Translations under genes and position numbers: made by a program
Source: an uncultured Pseudomonadota bacterium
Lineage (GTDB): Bacteria > Desulfobacterota > Binatia > Binatales > Binataceae
Assembly (NCBI GenBank): GCA_963837035.1
Contig: CAWIMH010000015.1
Span: 669,863-733,862 of the forward strand
Length of the DNA: 64,000 bases
Direction of reading: 5' to 3'
The notes under the pieces: model-generated
Database searches by the model: none
Seen by the model: only the letters and a program-made list of their open reading frames with translations
Told to the model about the DNA's origin: nothing
In this document: positions 1-12,478 of the stretch, in pieces
Numbering within the stretch: the first letter of the stretch is position 1
How the letters are laid out: every line of letters starts with the position of its first letter

Positions 1-1833
1 GGTATCGAGTCCGCCGCCGGGACCGCCACCACCGACGCTCGAGAAGAAGGTAAGGGTATTGGGATCGCGCGCGATCAGGTGATTCAGCACCTCCTGGTGG
101 CGCACCATCGCATCGAAGGAGATGCCCTGTGCAGCTTGCGTGAACATCAGGACCTGGCCCGCATCTTCCTCGGGTAAAAAGCCCTTGGGGATCGCGTAGA
201 AGCCATAGCCGGTGCCCACGAAGAGCAGCAGCAGCACGAGCATCGTCAACCGCCGACGGCGCATCACCCACGCAAGGCTTGTGCGATACCCTTCCAGGAT
301 GGCCTGGAAGCGACGCTCAACAACCTGATAGAGCGCGCCGTGCTGTTCGCTGGAGGGCGGACGGAGGAAACGGCTACACAGCATCGGGGTCAGTGTGAGA
401 GAGACGAAACCGGAGACCAGGATCGCGGCGGCGATGGTAACGGCAAACTCATGCAGCAGGCGCCCGATGACGCCGCCGAGAAAGATTACCGGGATGAAGA
501 CCGCGGCCAGCGAGATCGTCATCGAGAGAATCGTGAACGCGATTTCCCCTGAGCCCGAGAACGCCGCGGCCATCACGCCTTCGCCCATCTCCATGTGGCG
601 CACGATGTTTTCGAGCATCACGATCGCGTCGTCGACCACGAATCCGACCGAGAGCGTGATCGCCAGCAGCGACAGGTTGTCGAGGCTGTAGTCGAGCGCC
701 CACATAGCGGCGAAAGTGCCGAGAATCGCCATCGGCAGAGCCAGGCTGGGAATAATCGTGGCGGAGACGTTACGCAGAAATAGAAAGATCACGAGCACGA
801 CCAGAATGATCGTCAGCAACAAGGTGAACTGGACGTCGTTGACCGAGGCGCGGATCGACTGTGAGCGGTCGTAGAGGACGTTCAATTCGATCGAGCGCGG
901 CAATTCGGCACGGAACGTCGGCAACAGACGCCGGATGTTGTCGACGACCTCGACCGTATTGGTGCCCGGCTGGCGTTGGATTGCGAGCACGACCGCGCGG
1001 TTGCCCTTGACCCAGCCGGCGGTCTTATCGTTCTGCACGCTGTCGAGAACCTCGCCGACGTCGCCCAAGCGCACCGGCGTGCCTTTGCGATAAGTGATGA
1101 TTACCGGGCGGTAGGCTGCGGCATTCTTCAACTGGCCGTTGGCCTGCACGGTGTAGGCCTGGTGTTCGCCGAAGAGCGTGCCGGTAGGGAGGTTGACGTT
1201 GGCGTTGCCGATCGCGTCGGCGACTTCGTTGATGCCGATACTGCGCGAGGCCAGTGCCCAGGGGTCGATCTGCACGCGCACCGCGTACTTCTGCGCGCCA
1301 TACACCTGCACCTGGGCCACTCCGCTGATCATCGAGATGCGTTCGCCGAGATTGGTCTCGGCGTACTCGTCGACCGTCGACAGCGGCAACGTCGGCGAAC
1401 TCATACCGATGTAGAGGATTGCCTTATCGGCGGGGTTGACCTTCTGATACGACGGCGGGTTGGGCATCCCCTTGGGCAGTTCCGACTCCGCCGAGGAGAT
1501 TTTCGATTGTACGTCCTGCGCCGCCGCGTCGAGATCGCGGCTAAGATCGAATTCGAGTGAGATGGTGCTGGCGCCCTGAACGCTTTGCGAGGTCATCTCC
1601 TTGAGCCCGGCGATGGTCGAGAACTCGCGTTCGAGCGGGGTGGCGACCGAAGACGCCATGGTCTCGGGGCTCGCGCCGGGGAGCGACGCCTGCACGAGGA
1701 TAACCGGGAAATCTACGTTCGGCAGATCGCTGACCGGCAAGAAGCGATACGCGGCGAAGCCGAAAATGACGATCGCGACCGAGATCAGCGTCGTCGTGAC
1801 GGGGCGGCGGACAAAGACTTCCGAAAGATTCAT
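1..1833 (-). CDS. RND efflux transporter permease (AcrB/HAE1 family). N-terminal 611 aa only; the gene continues beyond the window start.
   Basis: Reverse-strand translation from the ATG at 1833 gives MNLSEVFVRRPVTTTLISVAIVIFGFAAYRFLPVSDLPNVDFPVILVQASLPGASPETMASSVATPLE..., a classic RND N-terminus. It lies 13 nt downstream of the membrane fusion gene on the same strand. The ORF track missed it because it runs off the window. Confidence 0.85.
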   Translation of the reverse strand, partial: MNLSEVFVRRPVTTTLISVAIVIFGFAAYRFLPVSDLPNVDFPVILVQASLPGASPETMASSVATPLEREFSTIAGLKEMTSQSVQGASTISLEFDLSRDLDAAAQDVQSKISSAESELPKGMPNPPSYQKVNPADKAILYIGMSSPTLPLSTVDEYAETNLGERISMISGVAQVQVYGAQKYAVRVQIDPWALASRSIGINEVADAIGNANVNLPTGTLFGEHQAYTVQANGQLKNAAAYRPVIITYRKGTPVRLGDVGEVLDSVQNDKTAGWVKGNRAVVLAIQRQPGTNTVEVVDNIRRLLPTFRAELPRSIELNVLYDRSQSIRASVNDVQFTLLLTIILVVLVIFLFLRNVSATIIPSLALPMAILGTFAAMWALDYSLDNLSLLAITLSVGFVVDDAIVMLENIVRHMEMGEGVMAAAFSGSGEIAFTILSMTISLAAVFIPVIFLGGVIGRLLHEFAVTIAAAILVSGFVSLTLTPMLCSRFLRPPSSEQHGALYQVVERRFQAILEGYRTSLAWVMRRRRLTMLVLLLLFVGTGYGFYAIPKGFLPEEDAGQVLMFTQAAQGISFDAMVRHQEVLNHLIARDPNTLTFFSSVGGGGPGGGLDT

Positions 1834-1846
1834 TGCGCGGCAATTC

Positions 1847-2986
1847 TTACAGTGAAGTTTTTATCCTGACCGCTGCGCCCGGCGCCAGGCGCAACTGCCC
1901 GTCGGTGACGACCGTTTCACCGGCCGCGAGGCCGTCGCGAACAATGATGTCCTTCTCGAACGGCGCCCCCGCGACAATCGGCCGCATAGTGACTTTCATG
2001 CCGCTTCCCACGACGAAGACGAAGGATCCCTGTTGACCGTTCTGGACCGCCTGTGAGGGCACCAGAATCGCGTGCTCGATCCAGTTAAGAGTCAGGCTCG
2101 CGCTGACGAACTGCCCGGGCCATAACCGGTGATTTTCATTTTGAAACAATCCCTTGAGTAGGATCGTTCCGGTCGTTCTGTCCACCGTATTGTCGACGAA
2201 GCTGAGGATCCCGTGTTCGGCCGGATCCTGAGAGCCCGGGATGGTTACGTCGACTTCGAGCTGGCGCGAGGCCATATTCTGCCGGACGTCGGCGAGCCTG
2301 GCTTCGGCAATCGAAAAATCGACATAAATCGGTTGCACCTGGTTGATCACCACCATCGGGTTGTCGGCGTCGGCCTTTATCAGATCGCCGATATGGACTT
2401 GCAGGTTACCGGTGCGGCCGTCGATCGGCGAATGGATCTGGGTGTATTGCAGGTTGAGCCGCGCGGTCTCGATGGCCGCACGATCGGCTCCGAGCGTGCC
2501 GCGCAAAGCGCCAGCGGTGGCATGCGCCAGATCGAACTGCGCCTGCGATCCGACCTGCTCGTGGAGCAAAACACCGTAGCGCCGTTCATCGGCCTGGGCT
2601 TGCTCGTATTGGGCCCGGTCTTTGGCCAAGCCCGCCTGGGCCTGATGAAGTGCCGCCTCGAATGGGCGCGGGTCGAGGTTGAATAGGAGCTGGTCCTTGG
2701 AAACGTAGTCGCCCTCTTTGAAGTGGATGGCTATAAGCTGGCCCTCGACACGGGCCTTGACGTTGACGGTCGAGAAGGCTTCGACAGTGCCGATTTCGTG
2801 CAATTGATTAGGCACATTTTTTTGCACGACCTTCGCTACCAGCACCGGTGCCGCCGACTGCGCGGTCATGCCGGACGGTTCTTTCTTGGAGCAGCCGCCG
2901 ATGACGATCGTGGCGGCAATTATCGCCGCTATTGCGCAGGCGCCATGAGTCTTCGCGCCTATCGCTCGTGACACGCGTTGATCCAT
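1847..2986 (-). CDS. RND efflux membrane fusion protein (periplasmic adaptor subunit, lipoprotein)
   Basis: I place the start at the internal ATG at 2986 (MDQRVSRAIGAKTHGACAIAAIIAATIVIGGCSKK), which gives a lipobox-type signal peptide. The HlyD/AcrA-like body then follows (QLIAIHFKEGDYVSKDQLLFNLD ... GQFVSASLTLN). The 208-aa upstream extension of the track ORF has no homology. Confidence 0.85.
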   Translation of the reverse strand: MDQRVSRAIGAKTHGACAIAAIIAATIVIGGCSKKEPSGMTAQSAAPVLVAKVVQKNVPNQLHEIGTVEAFSTVNVKARVEGQLIAIHFKEGDYVSKDQLLFNLDPRPFEAALHQAQAGLAKDRAQYEQAQADERRYGVLLHEQVGSQAQFDLAHATAGALRGTLGADRAAIETARLNLQYTQIHSPIDGRTGNLQVHIGDLIKADADNPMVVINQVQPIYVDFSIAEARLADVRQNMASRQLEVDVTIPGSQDPAEHGILSFVDNTVDRTTGTILLKGLFQNENHRLWPGQFVSASLTLNWIEHAILVPSQAVQNGQQGSFVFVVGSGMKVTMRPIVAGAPFEKDIIVRDGLAAGETVVTDGQLRLAPGAAVRIKTSL

Positions 2987-3289
2987 CCGGAAGAGGGCAC
3001 CTCTCTGGCCGGCATCGCCGATCCGAACGGGAAGGGTGATTCGCCGACTCTCTCGGTAAATCTTATCAGGGGCCTGCCGTAGCAGAGAACCCCGTCCAAA
3101 ATGGGAGCAGCCGGTGGTTTCCCGGCAGCTCTTCGCAACGTGCAGGCCCGTGCGGTCAGCGCGGGATGACTCGGAGTACTGTATCGTAAAGAGAAAAAAG
3201 GGCTTTCTGGACAAATTGCCCCGAGTGACGGTAAGCCTGTCGTTCATGAGAACCAAGTCGTCGACGGTTCCCACAGGGAGAAGCTTAAG

Positions 3290-4291
3290 ATGGCGCGCAA
3301 GATCACGATCGGGATCAACTGGCAGGGCAAATTCGATTTCAAGGCGCTGATCGAACGCGCACGGATCGCCGATCAGTCCGGCATCCACTCGATCTGGGTG
3401 GCTGAAGCGTGGGGCCGCGACGCGTTCACCCTGCTGACCCTGATCGCCGAGCACACCACGCGGACCCAACTCGCCACGTCGATCGTCAACACCTATTCGC
3501 GAACTCCGGCGGCGCTCGCGCAGCATTTCGCCACGCTCGACGAGTTGAGCAACGGCCGCATGATCGCGGGATTCGGCACCAGCGGGCCCAACGTGATCGA
3601 GCATTTCCACGGCGTCAAGTTCAATCCGCCACTAACCCGGATGCGCGAGTACGTCGATATTTTCAACATGCTGATGGCGGGTATGCCGCTCAACTATGAC
3701 GGTAAGATCTTCAAACTGGGGCGCGGCTTCACCCTGCGCTTCGACCCCGTCCGTAAGCACATTCCGGTTTTCATCGCGTCGCTCAACCGTAAAAGTGTCG
3801 AATTCACAGCCCAAGCCGCGGACGGTTGGATGCCCGTCATGATCCCGCTCAGCGGACTCAAGGGATCGATCGCGGAGTTCCGCAACATGGCCGTCGCGGC
3901 CGGACGCGATCCGATGGCCGTCGCCGTGAAGGCGCCGGGATCGGTCCAGGTTACGAGCGACGTGGCGCGGGGCAAGGCGGGCCACGCCGGCAACCTCGCG
4001 TTCTATGCGGCGCGGATGGGTACTTTCTACGCCGAACAGCTTACGCGGTTTGGTTTCGGTGACGAGGTCAACCGGATCAAGGAGGCGTGGAACACGGGTG
4101 GGGCCAAGGCCGGTACCGAAGCGGTCGCGCCGCGGCTGCTCAACGAGATCGCGTATATTGGCGATGTCAACGGTGCGATCGAGCAAATCAAGGCCCAGGA
4201 GGAAGCCGGCGCGGACCTGCATCCGGTGGAAATCGATGCTGGTCCCGATTCTCACGCTTTCGAACGGACGGTGGCGAAGCTGATCGCATAG
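3290..4291 (+). CDS. LLM-class (luciferase-like) F420-dependent oxidoreductase
   Basis: 333 aa. It has the typical LLM family signature (WVAEAWGRDAFTLL ... MIAGFGTSGP ... HPVEID). Confidence 0.75.
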   Translation: MARKITIGINWQGKFDFKALIERARIADQSGIHSIWVAEAWGRDAFTLLTLIAEHTTRTQLATSIVNTYSRTPAALAQHFATLDELSNGRMIAGFGTSGPNVIEHFHGVKFNPPLTRMREYVDIFNMLMAGMPLNYDGKIFKLGRGFTLRFDPVRKHIPVFIASLNRKSVEFTAQAADGWMPVMIPLSGLKGSIAEFRNMAVAAGRDPMAVAVKAPGSVQVTSDVARGKAGHAGNLAFYAARMGTFYAEQLTRFGFGDEVNRIKEAWNTGGAKAGTEAVAPRLLNEIAYIGDVNGAIEQIKAQEEAGADLHPVEIDAGPDSHAFERTVAKLIA

Positions 4292-4350
4292 CGGGCGCCG
4301 CACCCGCATCGGGATTGCGAAAAGCGGGCAGGGGCAGCGCCCGGCAATTG

Positions 4351-5433
4351 TTACGGCCGCACCTCGTAGTACGCGTTGATCGGGTTGCCGAAATCGCGCG
4401 GGACGAACCGCGTGAACCCGGCTTCAGCGGTCATTTTGTGCGCGACCGGCTCGGGAAAACCAAGCGTTCCCAGGCCCAAACCTCCCGGCTCCGACAGCGA
4501 CGAAGACATGCATCAGAGGACCGAGGCTCCGTACATGAACGGCGCGAGCGGATTGTCGGTGAGATTCTGCTCGAAGGTCGGCATGCCGTGAACGTCGGCG
4601 ATTAGCCACGTGCCATCCGGCTTGATGGCCTGGCGAATCGCGCGCATCACCAGGTCCGGGCGCGTCATATCGTGGAGGCAATCGAAGGTGGTGATGAAGT
4701 CGAAGGTCGCATCCGCGGGCAGCGCATCGGCGCGAGCGTCGTGCCACGTGACATTCCGCACAGCGGCGCGCCGCGCGTTTTCTGACGCGCGCGCTAGTGC
4801 AATCTGCGCGATGTCATAGCCGTGGAACACCGAGCGTGGATAGGCCTTGGCCATTTCGATCAGAGCAACTCCTGAGCCGCACCCCACGTCCGCGACTTTG
4901 GCTCCGGCTTCGAGCCGGCTGACGACGCCGTCGAGCTTGGGCAGTGCGACCGGGACGAGTTGTGTCCGGAACCAGGGTGCGAGCAGCCGTTCGACACCGC
5001 GGTTGACCTCGGGTCCGAGGGCGTCGTAGTTGAGGCCGATACCGGTCTTGAAGGCCTGCGGCAGTCGATCGAGTACGGCCATCTGTTGAGGCAGGCTGCA
5101 GAATCCCCCGGCGAGAAACATGGGACTGTTCTCGTCGGCGAGCACCAGGGCGGCCTCGGGCGTCATCTCGAAGCGGCCTTCACCGCGATAGCTGATGAGG
5201 TCAGCCGCCGCCTGCCCCATGAGCCATTCGCGAATCCATCGCTCGTGGAGCCCGGTTTTGCGCGCAAGCTCATCGCTGGTCAACGGGCCGGCGCCGTTCA
5301 TGACCTGGTAAAGACCCATGCGGTCGCCGAGATAGATCATGGCTGAAACGAATGCACCGCCGAGCATACCAAAAACATGCTCCGCGGTTTTCTTAAGTTT
5401 TTCCGGATCAACTTGAGCATTAGCCGTTGCCAT
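4351..5433 (-). pseudogene. Class I SAM-dependent methyltransferase with an internal in-frame TGA (codon 307 of 360)
   Basis: The track ORF 4513..5433 (306 aa, VADVGCGSGVALIEMAK SAM motif) stops at TGA 4510-4512. The same frame continues with the conserved C-terminus CMSSSLSEPGGLGLGTLGFPEPVAHKMTAEAGFTRFVPRDFGNPINAYYEVRP to TAA at 4351-4353. The length 4351..5433 is 1083 nt, which is 361 codons with no frameshift. Confidence 0.6.
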
Positions 5434-5711
5434 TATCGAACTCCTCGTCCGCGTGGGTGTTTGTCGATTTTCGCGATGCCGACGCGTTCAGTTCGCCCCA
5501 ACGCGGGGACTTTTGCAAGCCGTGCGGTTTCTACCGCGGGAGACCGCGAAAGCTGGCATGCCGGCGGACTTCCTACCCGGGCGGGCGACCAATTCCCATT
5601 GCCGGGGCGGGGCGCATAGCGCTATACCATCGGTCTGGGATGCCACTCGAGCGGTCGCCGCCGGGTCGGCGTGCTACAGCAAATCGGACAACCGTAATCC
5701 TGGAGGTCGCC

Positions 5712-6764
5712 ATGAGAGCTGCAGTTATGGAAGCGGTCCGCAAGCCGCTCGTCGTCAAAGATATGCCCGATCCCGCGTGCCCACCGAACGGCATAATCCT
5801 GCGCGCGGAGGCCGAGGGCATCTGCCGCTCTGACTGGCATGCCTGGTCGGGAGACTGGGCCTGGATCGGCTTGAGCCCCCCGATGCCGCTGGTTATGGGC
5901 CATGAGTTCTGCGGCGTGATCGAGGAAGTCGGCAAAGAAGTCAAGAGTTTCAAGAAGGGACAGCGCGTGCTGGTGCCGTTCAGCCAGGGCGACGGCGTCT
6001 GCGAATATTGCCGCAACGGGCATTCCAACGTCTGCGCGAACGCCTCGATTCCCGGATTTTCTTACTGGGGCGGATATGGCCGCTACGTCGGCGTCCCCAA
6101 CGCGGACCAGAATCTCGTGCCTATGCCGGACAATGTCGGCTTTCTCGAAGGCGCGTCTCTGGGCTGCCGCTTCATGACCTCCTATCACGGCATTGTGGAC
6201 CGCGCGCAGGTGCGGCCGGGCGAATGGGTCGCCGTGCATGGATGCGGGGGCATTGGTCTATCCGCGATTCACGTGGCCGCGGCGATCGGCGCGAACGTTA
6301 TCGCGGTGGACCTTGACGGCCGCAAGCTCGAACTCGCCAAGTCGGTCGGCGCAACCCATATAGTCAACGCGAAGAACGGCGATCCGACGCTGCAGATCAT
6401 GGATATCACGCAGGGCGGAGCACATGTCTCGGTGGATGCGCTGGGAATCGCCATTACGTGTCAAAACTCGATCAACAGCCTGCGCAAACAGGGGCGTTCG
6501 CTTCAGATCGGGCTCACCACGGCGGCCGAGAAGGGCGAAGTCAAGGTGCCGATCGATCGAATGGTCACGATGGAGCTCCAGCTAATCGCGTCGCTCGGGA
6601 TGCCGGCGTCGCGCTACCCCTCGATGCTGCAAATGGTCGAGTCGAAGAAGCTGAACCCCAAGGCAATGATCACCGAAACGGTCGGGCTCGAAGGGGCCTC
6701 GGCGGTGCTGGAACAGATGACGAACTTCCAGAACGTCGGCGTTTCGATTATCGACAAGTACTGA
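5712..6764 (+). CDS. Zinc-dependent alcohol dehydrogenase (MDR superfamily)
   Basis: Start is at the ATG at 5712, after a GGAGG RBS (MRAAVMEAVRKPLVV...). Motifs: GICRSDWHAW, GHEFCGVIEEVG, CEYCRNGHSNVC, GCGGIGL. Confidence 0.85.
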   Translation: MRAAVMEAVRKPLVVKDMPDPACPPNGIILRAEAEGICRSDWHAWSGDWAWIGLSPPMPLVMGHEFCGVIEEVGKEVKSFKKGQRVLVPFSQGDGVCEYCRNGHSNVCANASIPGFSYWGGYGRYVGVPNADQNLVPMPDNVGFLEGASLGCRFMTSYHGIVDRAQVRPGEWVAVHGCGGIGLSAIHVAAAIGANVIAVDLDGRKLELAKSVGATHIVNAKNGDPTLQIMDITQGGAHVSVDALGIAITCQNSINSLRKQGRSLQIGLTTAAEKGEVKVPIDRMVTMELQLIASLGMPASRYPSMLQMVESKKLNPKAMITETVGLEGASAVLEQMTNFQNVGVSIIDKY

Positions 6765-6787
6765 GGCGCAGGTCGCGCAATGAATGG

Positions 6788-6818
6788 GGGCCCGCGTTCG
6801 CGGGCCCTCTTCGTTTTC
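6788..6818 (+). terminator. Putative rho-independent terminator after the ADH gene
   Basis: GGGCCCGC-gttc-GCGGGCCC stem-loop followed by tcttcgttttc. It lies inside the non-homologous 5' extension of the next track ORF, which supports the later start at 6852. Confidence 0.45.
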
Positions 6819-6851
6819 ACGAATAAAATTGTGAACCGCATCGAGAGAGCA

Positions 6852-7829
6852 ATGAAAGCCATCCTGATCGAGAAGCCAGGCGACGAGACGGTCCTCAAGA
6901 TAGGCGAATTCCCCGAACCCGCGCCCGGCCCCGAAGACCTCCTGATCGATGTCAAATACGCCGCACTGAACCGCGCCGACCTCATGCAGCGTCAGGGCTT
7001 CTATCCGCCGCCGCCCGGAGCGTCGCCGATCCTGGGCCTCGAATGCTCGGGGACGGTCGCGGCAGTCGGCGCCGCGGTCACGGGATGGCGTGTGGGCGAA
7101 CGGGCGATGGCGCTGCTCGCAGGCGGCGGCTACGCCGAGAAGGCGGCGGTCCATCATGGCTCCGCGATGCATGTTCCGGCTGCGCTAAGTGATGAAGAGG
7201 CCGCGGCGATTCCCGAAGTCTTTCTTACGGCATTCGTCAACCTGTTCATGCTTGCCGAGGTCAAAAGCGGAGAGTCGGTCTTGATTCACGGTGGCGGCAG
7301 CGGGGTCGGCACCGCATCGATTCAATTGCTGCGTGAGGCGGGCGCTCGATCGATCGTGACCGCGGGGTCCGATGCGAAGTGCGACCAATGCCTGCGTTTC
7401 GGCGCTGACCTCGCGATCAACTACAATGCCGGGCCCTTTGCGCCAAAGGTCAAGGCCGCGACCAACGATCGCGGCGCGGATATCATTCTCGACAGTATCG
7501 GTGGGGCTTACCTGATGCCGAATCTCGAGGCTCTTGCCCACAGCGGCAGACTCGTATTGATCGGTCTGATGAAGGGGGCGAAGGCTGAAATCGATCTCGG
7601 GGTGGTCCTGCGCCACCATCTCAAAATCTTTGGGTCCACCTTGCGCGCACGTCCGACAAGCGAAAAAGCGAGGATCGTCACGGCCTTTCTCGCGCGGTTC
7701 GGCGCGGCGCTCGAAGCCGGGAAGCTGCGGCCGCCGATCCATAAGACGCTGACTCTCGCGGAAGCCGCCGAGGGCCATCGAATGATGCAAGCGAGTGAGC
7801 ATTTCGGCAAAATCGTTTTGCGCGTCTAG
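6852..7829 (+). CDS. NADPH:quinone oxidoreductase (Qor-like MDR family)
   Basis: Starts MKAILIEKPGDETVLKIGEFPEPAPGPEDLLIDV. Rossmann motif HGGGSGVGTASIQL. 325 aa. Confidence 0.8.
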   Translation: MKAILIEKPGDETVLKIGEFPEPAPGPEDLLIDVKYAALNRADLMQRQGFYPPPPGASPILGLECSGTVAAVGAAVTGWRVGERAMALLAGGGYAEKAAVHHGSAMHVPAALSDEEAAAIPEVFLTAFVNLFMLAEVKSGESVLIHGGGSGVGTASIQLLREAGARSIVTAGSDAKCDQCLRFGADLAINYNAGPFAPKVKAATNDRGADIILDSIGGAYLMPNLEALAHSGRLVLIGLMKGAKAEIDLGVVLRHHLKIFGSTLRARPTSEKARIVTAFLARFGAALEAGKLRPPIHKTLTLAEAAEGHRMMQASEHFGKIVLRV

Positions 7830-7977
7830 TCAAGTTCCGGCGCTTGCTTCGAGTGCGTCAGCCTGGCGGCGCTATCCGGGCATTGGCCATCTGGTGTTGC
7901 TTCGTCACGAAGCGTAATTTTTACCAGTCGTAGGCGAGTTCTGAACTTATCGTACCGCCTGCCGCCGAGGAGGACGG

Positions 7978-9816
7978 GTGGAGGGGATGGCGAAGATGAA
8001 GTCGGCGCTGCCGTGGGGCACGGTCGTGCTCTTCGGCGCGTTATTCCTCGTCGCATGGTGGATCGAGGATTGCCTGATTTACTCTGTCGCGTGGAGCGAG
8101 CTCGCCCCCGTCCGTTTCGCGATCACGGCTGCCGACAGCCTCGGTCTGATTTTCTTGGCGCATCTCGTTGGCCAATCAATTTGGTTTGTCGGGCACATTG
8201 TCGCTGTACTGATCTCATTCATCGTCGAGGCAATTGTCGCAGGCTTCGACGCGATACCGACGGATCTACGCGAAACCCTTCCATTCAGACTCGCAGCACG
8301 CGCCGGCAATAGTATCGTCGCGACCTATGGCGGCGATGCGATTGGAGGCTTGGGGGCGACTCTCGCAAATGGTGTGGGCTGGCTGCTTAGACTGCTTATC
8401 GCGCTCAATGGCGCCGGATGGCTCTATAATCTTCTTCGCCGATCGGCAAGACATCTGGAGCAAGTGATCGAAGCTCCGCTCAGATTTTTCAGCGAACGTT
8501 CAGAGCACGAAGCACAGGAAGAGATTGCTGAGCGGTTTGCGCCCCCGGACTTGTCGCCACTGAGTCCGCGCACTCCCGGCGGCCTGAGTAAGCGGCGGAG
8601 CGAGTGTATCCAGTTTTTCGACAGCCAGGTCCAGAGTATCGGGATCGTGCTAGGTGGCGGCGGTGCCAAAGGCGCGTACCAGGCGGGCGCGCTCAAAGCG
8701 ATCTATGAGTTTCTTCAGGGCTACAACGCGCTCGGCAAAGTCAAAATGATCACTGGAACGGCGGCCGGAGCATGGAATGCGATGTTCTGGCTGGCGGGCA
8801 TGATGGAGCCCGTGGCGCAAGGGTCACCCGATATCGAGCGCTGGTGGAAATCCATCAGTTTCGGTGGATTGATCGATTTCCCGTGGTTTCATCTACCTTT
8901 TTGGAGCAATTCGCTGTTGCGCGTAACGCCCTGGCGCGAGACTTTCTTCGAGTTGTTCGGCCGGCGCCTGGAACATCTCTTTGCCGAGGATCCCCCGATC
9001 CATTTCTATTTCACCCGATCCGACGTGAGCGCCGGTGTAACCAGCTACGTGACCAACTGGCCTGGAATCAGCCGACGTGTCGACGAACTCGGCCTCGACA
9101 AGGACGACAAGTATCGTTTCTTCGACGTCGTGGACGCGGGCGAAACCGCGGCTGTGCGTGTGGCCGATGCGATATTTTCGTCGATGAGTCTGCCGCCTCT
9201 GTGCGCGACCGCTCAAGCCCACGGCGCCTTATATGAGGAGGGGACCGCAGGCGAGAGCTTGCCGCTGCGCTTCGCGATCCCGCTGGAGAAATGCGACCTG
9301 GTGTTCGTCCTGCCGGTCGATGGAGGGCATGGATGGGACCGTGTGGGGCGCCCGATCTTCAGCCGAATGTTGCGGTTCATGGATTCGCGCAAGGATGCCC
9401 TGGGACACTGGGTACTGAGGAACGCCGAACTGATCAACCGGTTCTGCGAGCGGATGGAGCGAATCGAATTCGGCATCAGGACACTTGCCCCGGAGATTCG
9501 TGGCGAGGGTTTGGCCGCCGAAGCGCTCGCGGGTCTGCACGAGGAAGTGGCGGAATTCAACCACGAATACCGTCGCCTCTACATGTTCACTATCGCACCG
9601 TCGGGCAGGCTTGAACTGGGCGACTTCGGCCTGTGGCAGAGGCGCGCGGCCGAGAACGCCTTTGATCTAATGTACGTCCAGACGCGCCGTGAACTGGCGA
9701 CACGCTTCTTCGAGGATATCGAACTCGAGGACGGGCGCGTCGTGATGGTTGACGGGATCGCGCCGACCGGTGACGAGCTGCCGCGGCCGCAATACCGCCG
9801 CCCTTCGCAGTGGTAG
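7978..9816 (+). CDS. Patatin-like phospholipase domain protein with an N-terminal multi-pass membrane domain. The GxSxG serine is replaced by alanine.
   Basis: About 150 aa of hydrophobic helices, then patatin block I GIVLGGGGAKGAYQAG and a DGG block VLPVDGGHGWD. The nucleophile elbow reads ITGTAAGAWNA, that is GTAAG instead of GTSAG. Confidence 0.65.
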   Translation: MEGMAKMKSALPWGTVVLFGALFLVAWWIEDCLIYSVAWSELAPVRFAITAADSLGLIFLAHLVGQSIWFVGHIVAVLISFIVEAIVAGFDAIPTDLRETLPFRLAARAGNSIVATYGGDAIGGLGATLANGVGWLLRLLIALNGAGWLYNLLRRSARHLEQVIEAPLRFFSERSEHEAQEEIAERFAPPDLSPLSPRTPGGLSKRRSECIQFFDSQVQSIGIVLGGGGAKGAYQAGALKAIYEFLQGYNALGKVKMITGTAAGAWNAMFWLAGMMEPVAQGSPDIERWWKSISFGGLIDFPWFHLPFWSNSLLRVTPWRETFFELFGRRLEHLFAEDPPIHFYFTRSDVSAGVTSYVTNWPGISRRVDELGLDKDDKYRFFDVVDAGETAAVRVADAIFSSMSLPPLCATAQAHGALYEEGTAGESLPLRFAIPLEKCDLVFVLPVDGGHGWDRVGRPIFSRMLRFMDSRKDALGHWVLRNAELINRFCERMERIEFGIRTLAPEIRGEGLAAEALAGLHEEVAEFNHEYRRLYMFTIAPSGRLELGDFGLWQRRAAENAFDLMYVQTRRELATRFFEDIELEDGRVVMVDGIAPTGDELPRPQYRRPSQW

Positions 9817-9958
9817 CGCCGGCGGACCTCCCGCCAGACCGGCCTCCGACCGCTTTTCTCGCGTCTCCCACGCGGTATCCGTGACGGCGTCTGCGATGGT
9901 AATCTGTCCCGTGGCGGGATTGCGGCGGCGTCGGCTGTAGGCGCTAGCCTTCGGCACG

Positions 9959-12478
<2,520 letters not shown>

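Noticed and set aside
2987-3610. 208-aa N-terminal extension of the membrane-fusion-protein ORF in the track
   Set aside because: No homology. The internal ATG at 2986 gives a canonical lipoprotein signal peptide.
4510-4512. Genome-wide TGA to Trp/Sec reassignment to explain the in-frame TGA
   Set aside because: Several well-conserved genes here (for example the ADH at 6762-6764) terminate with TGA at their expected C-termini. No SECIS-like element was noticed.
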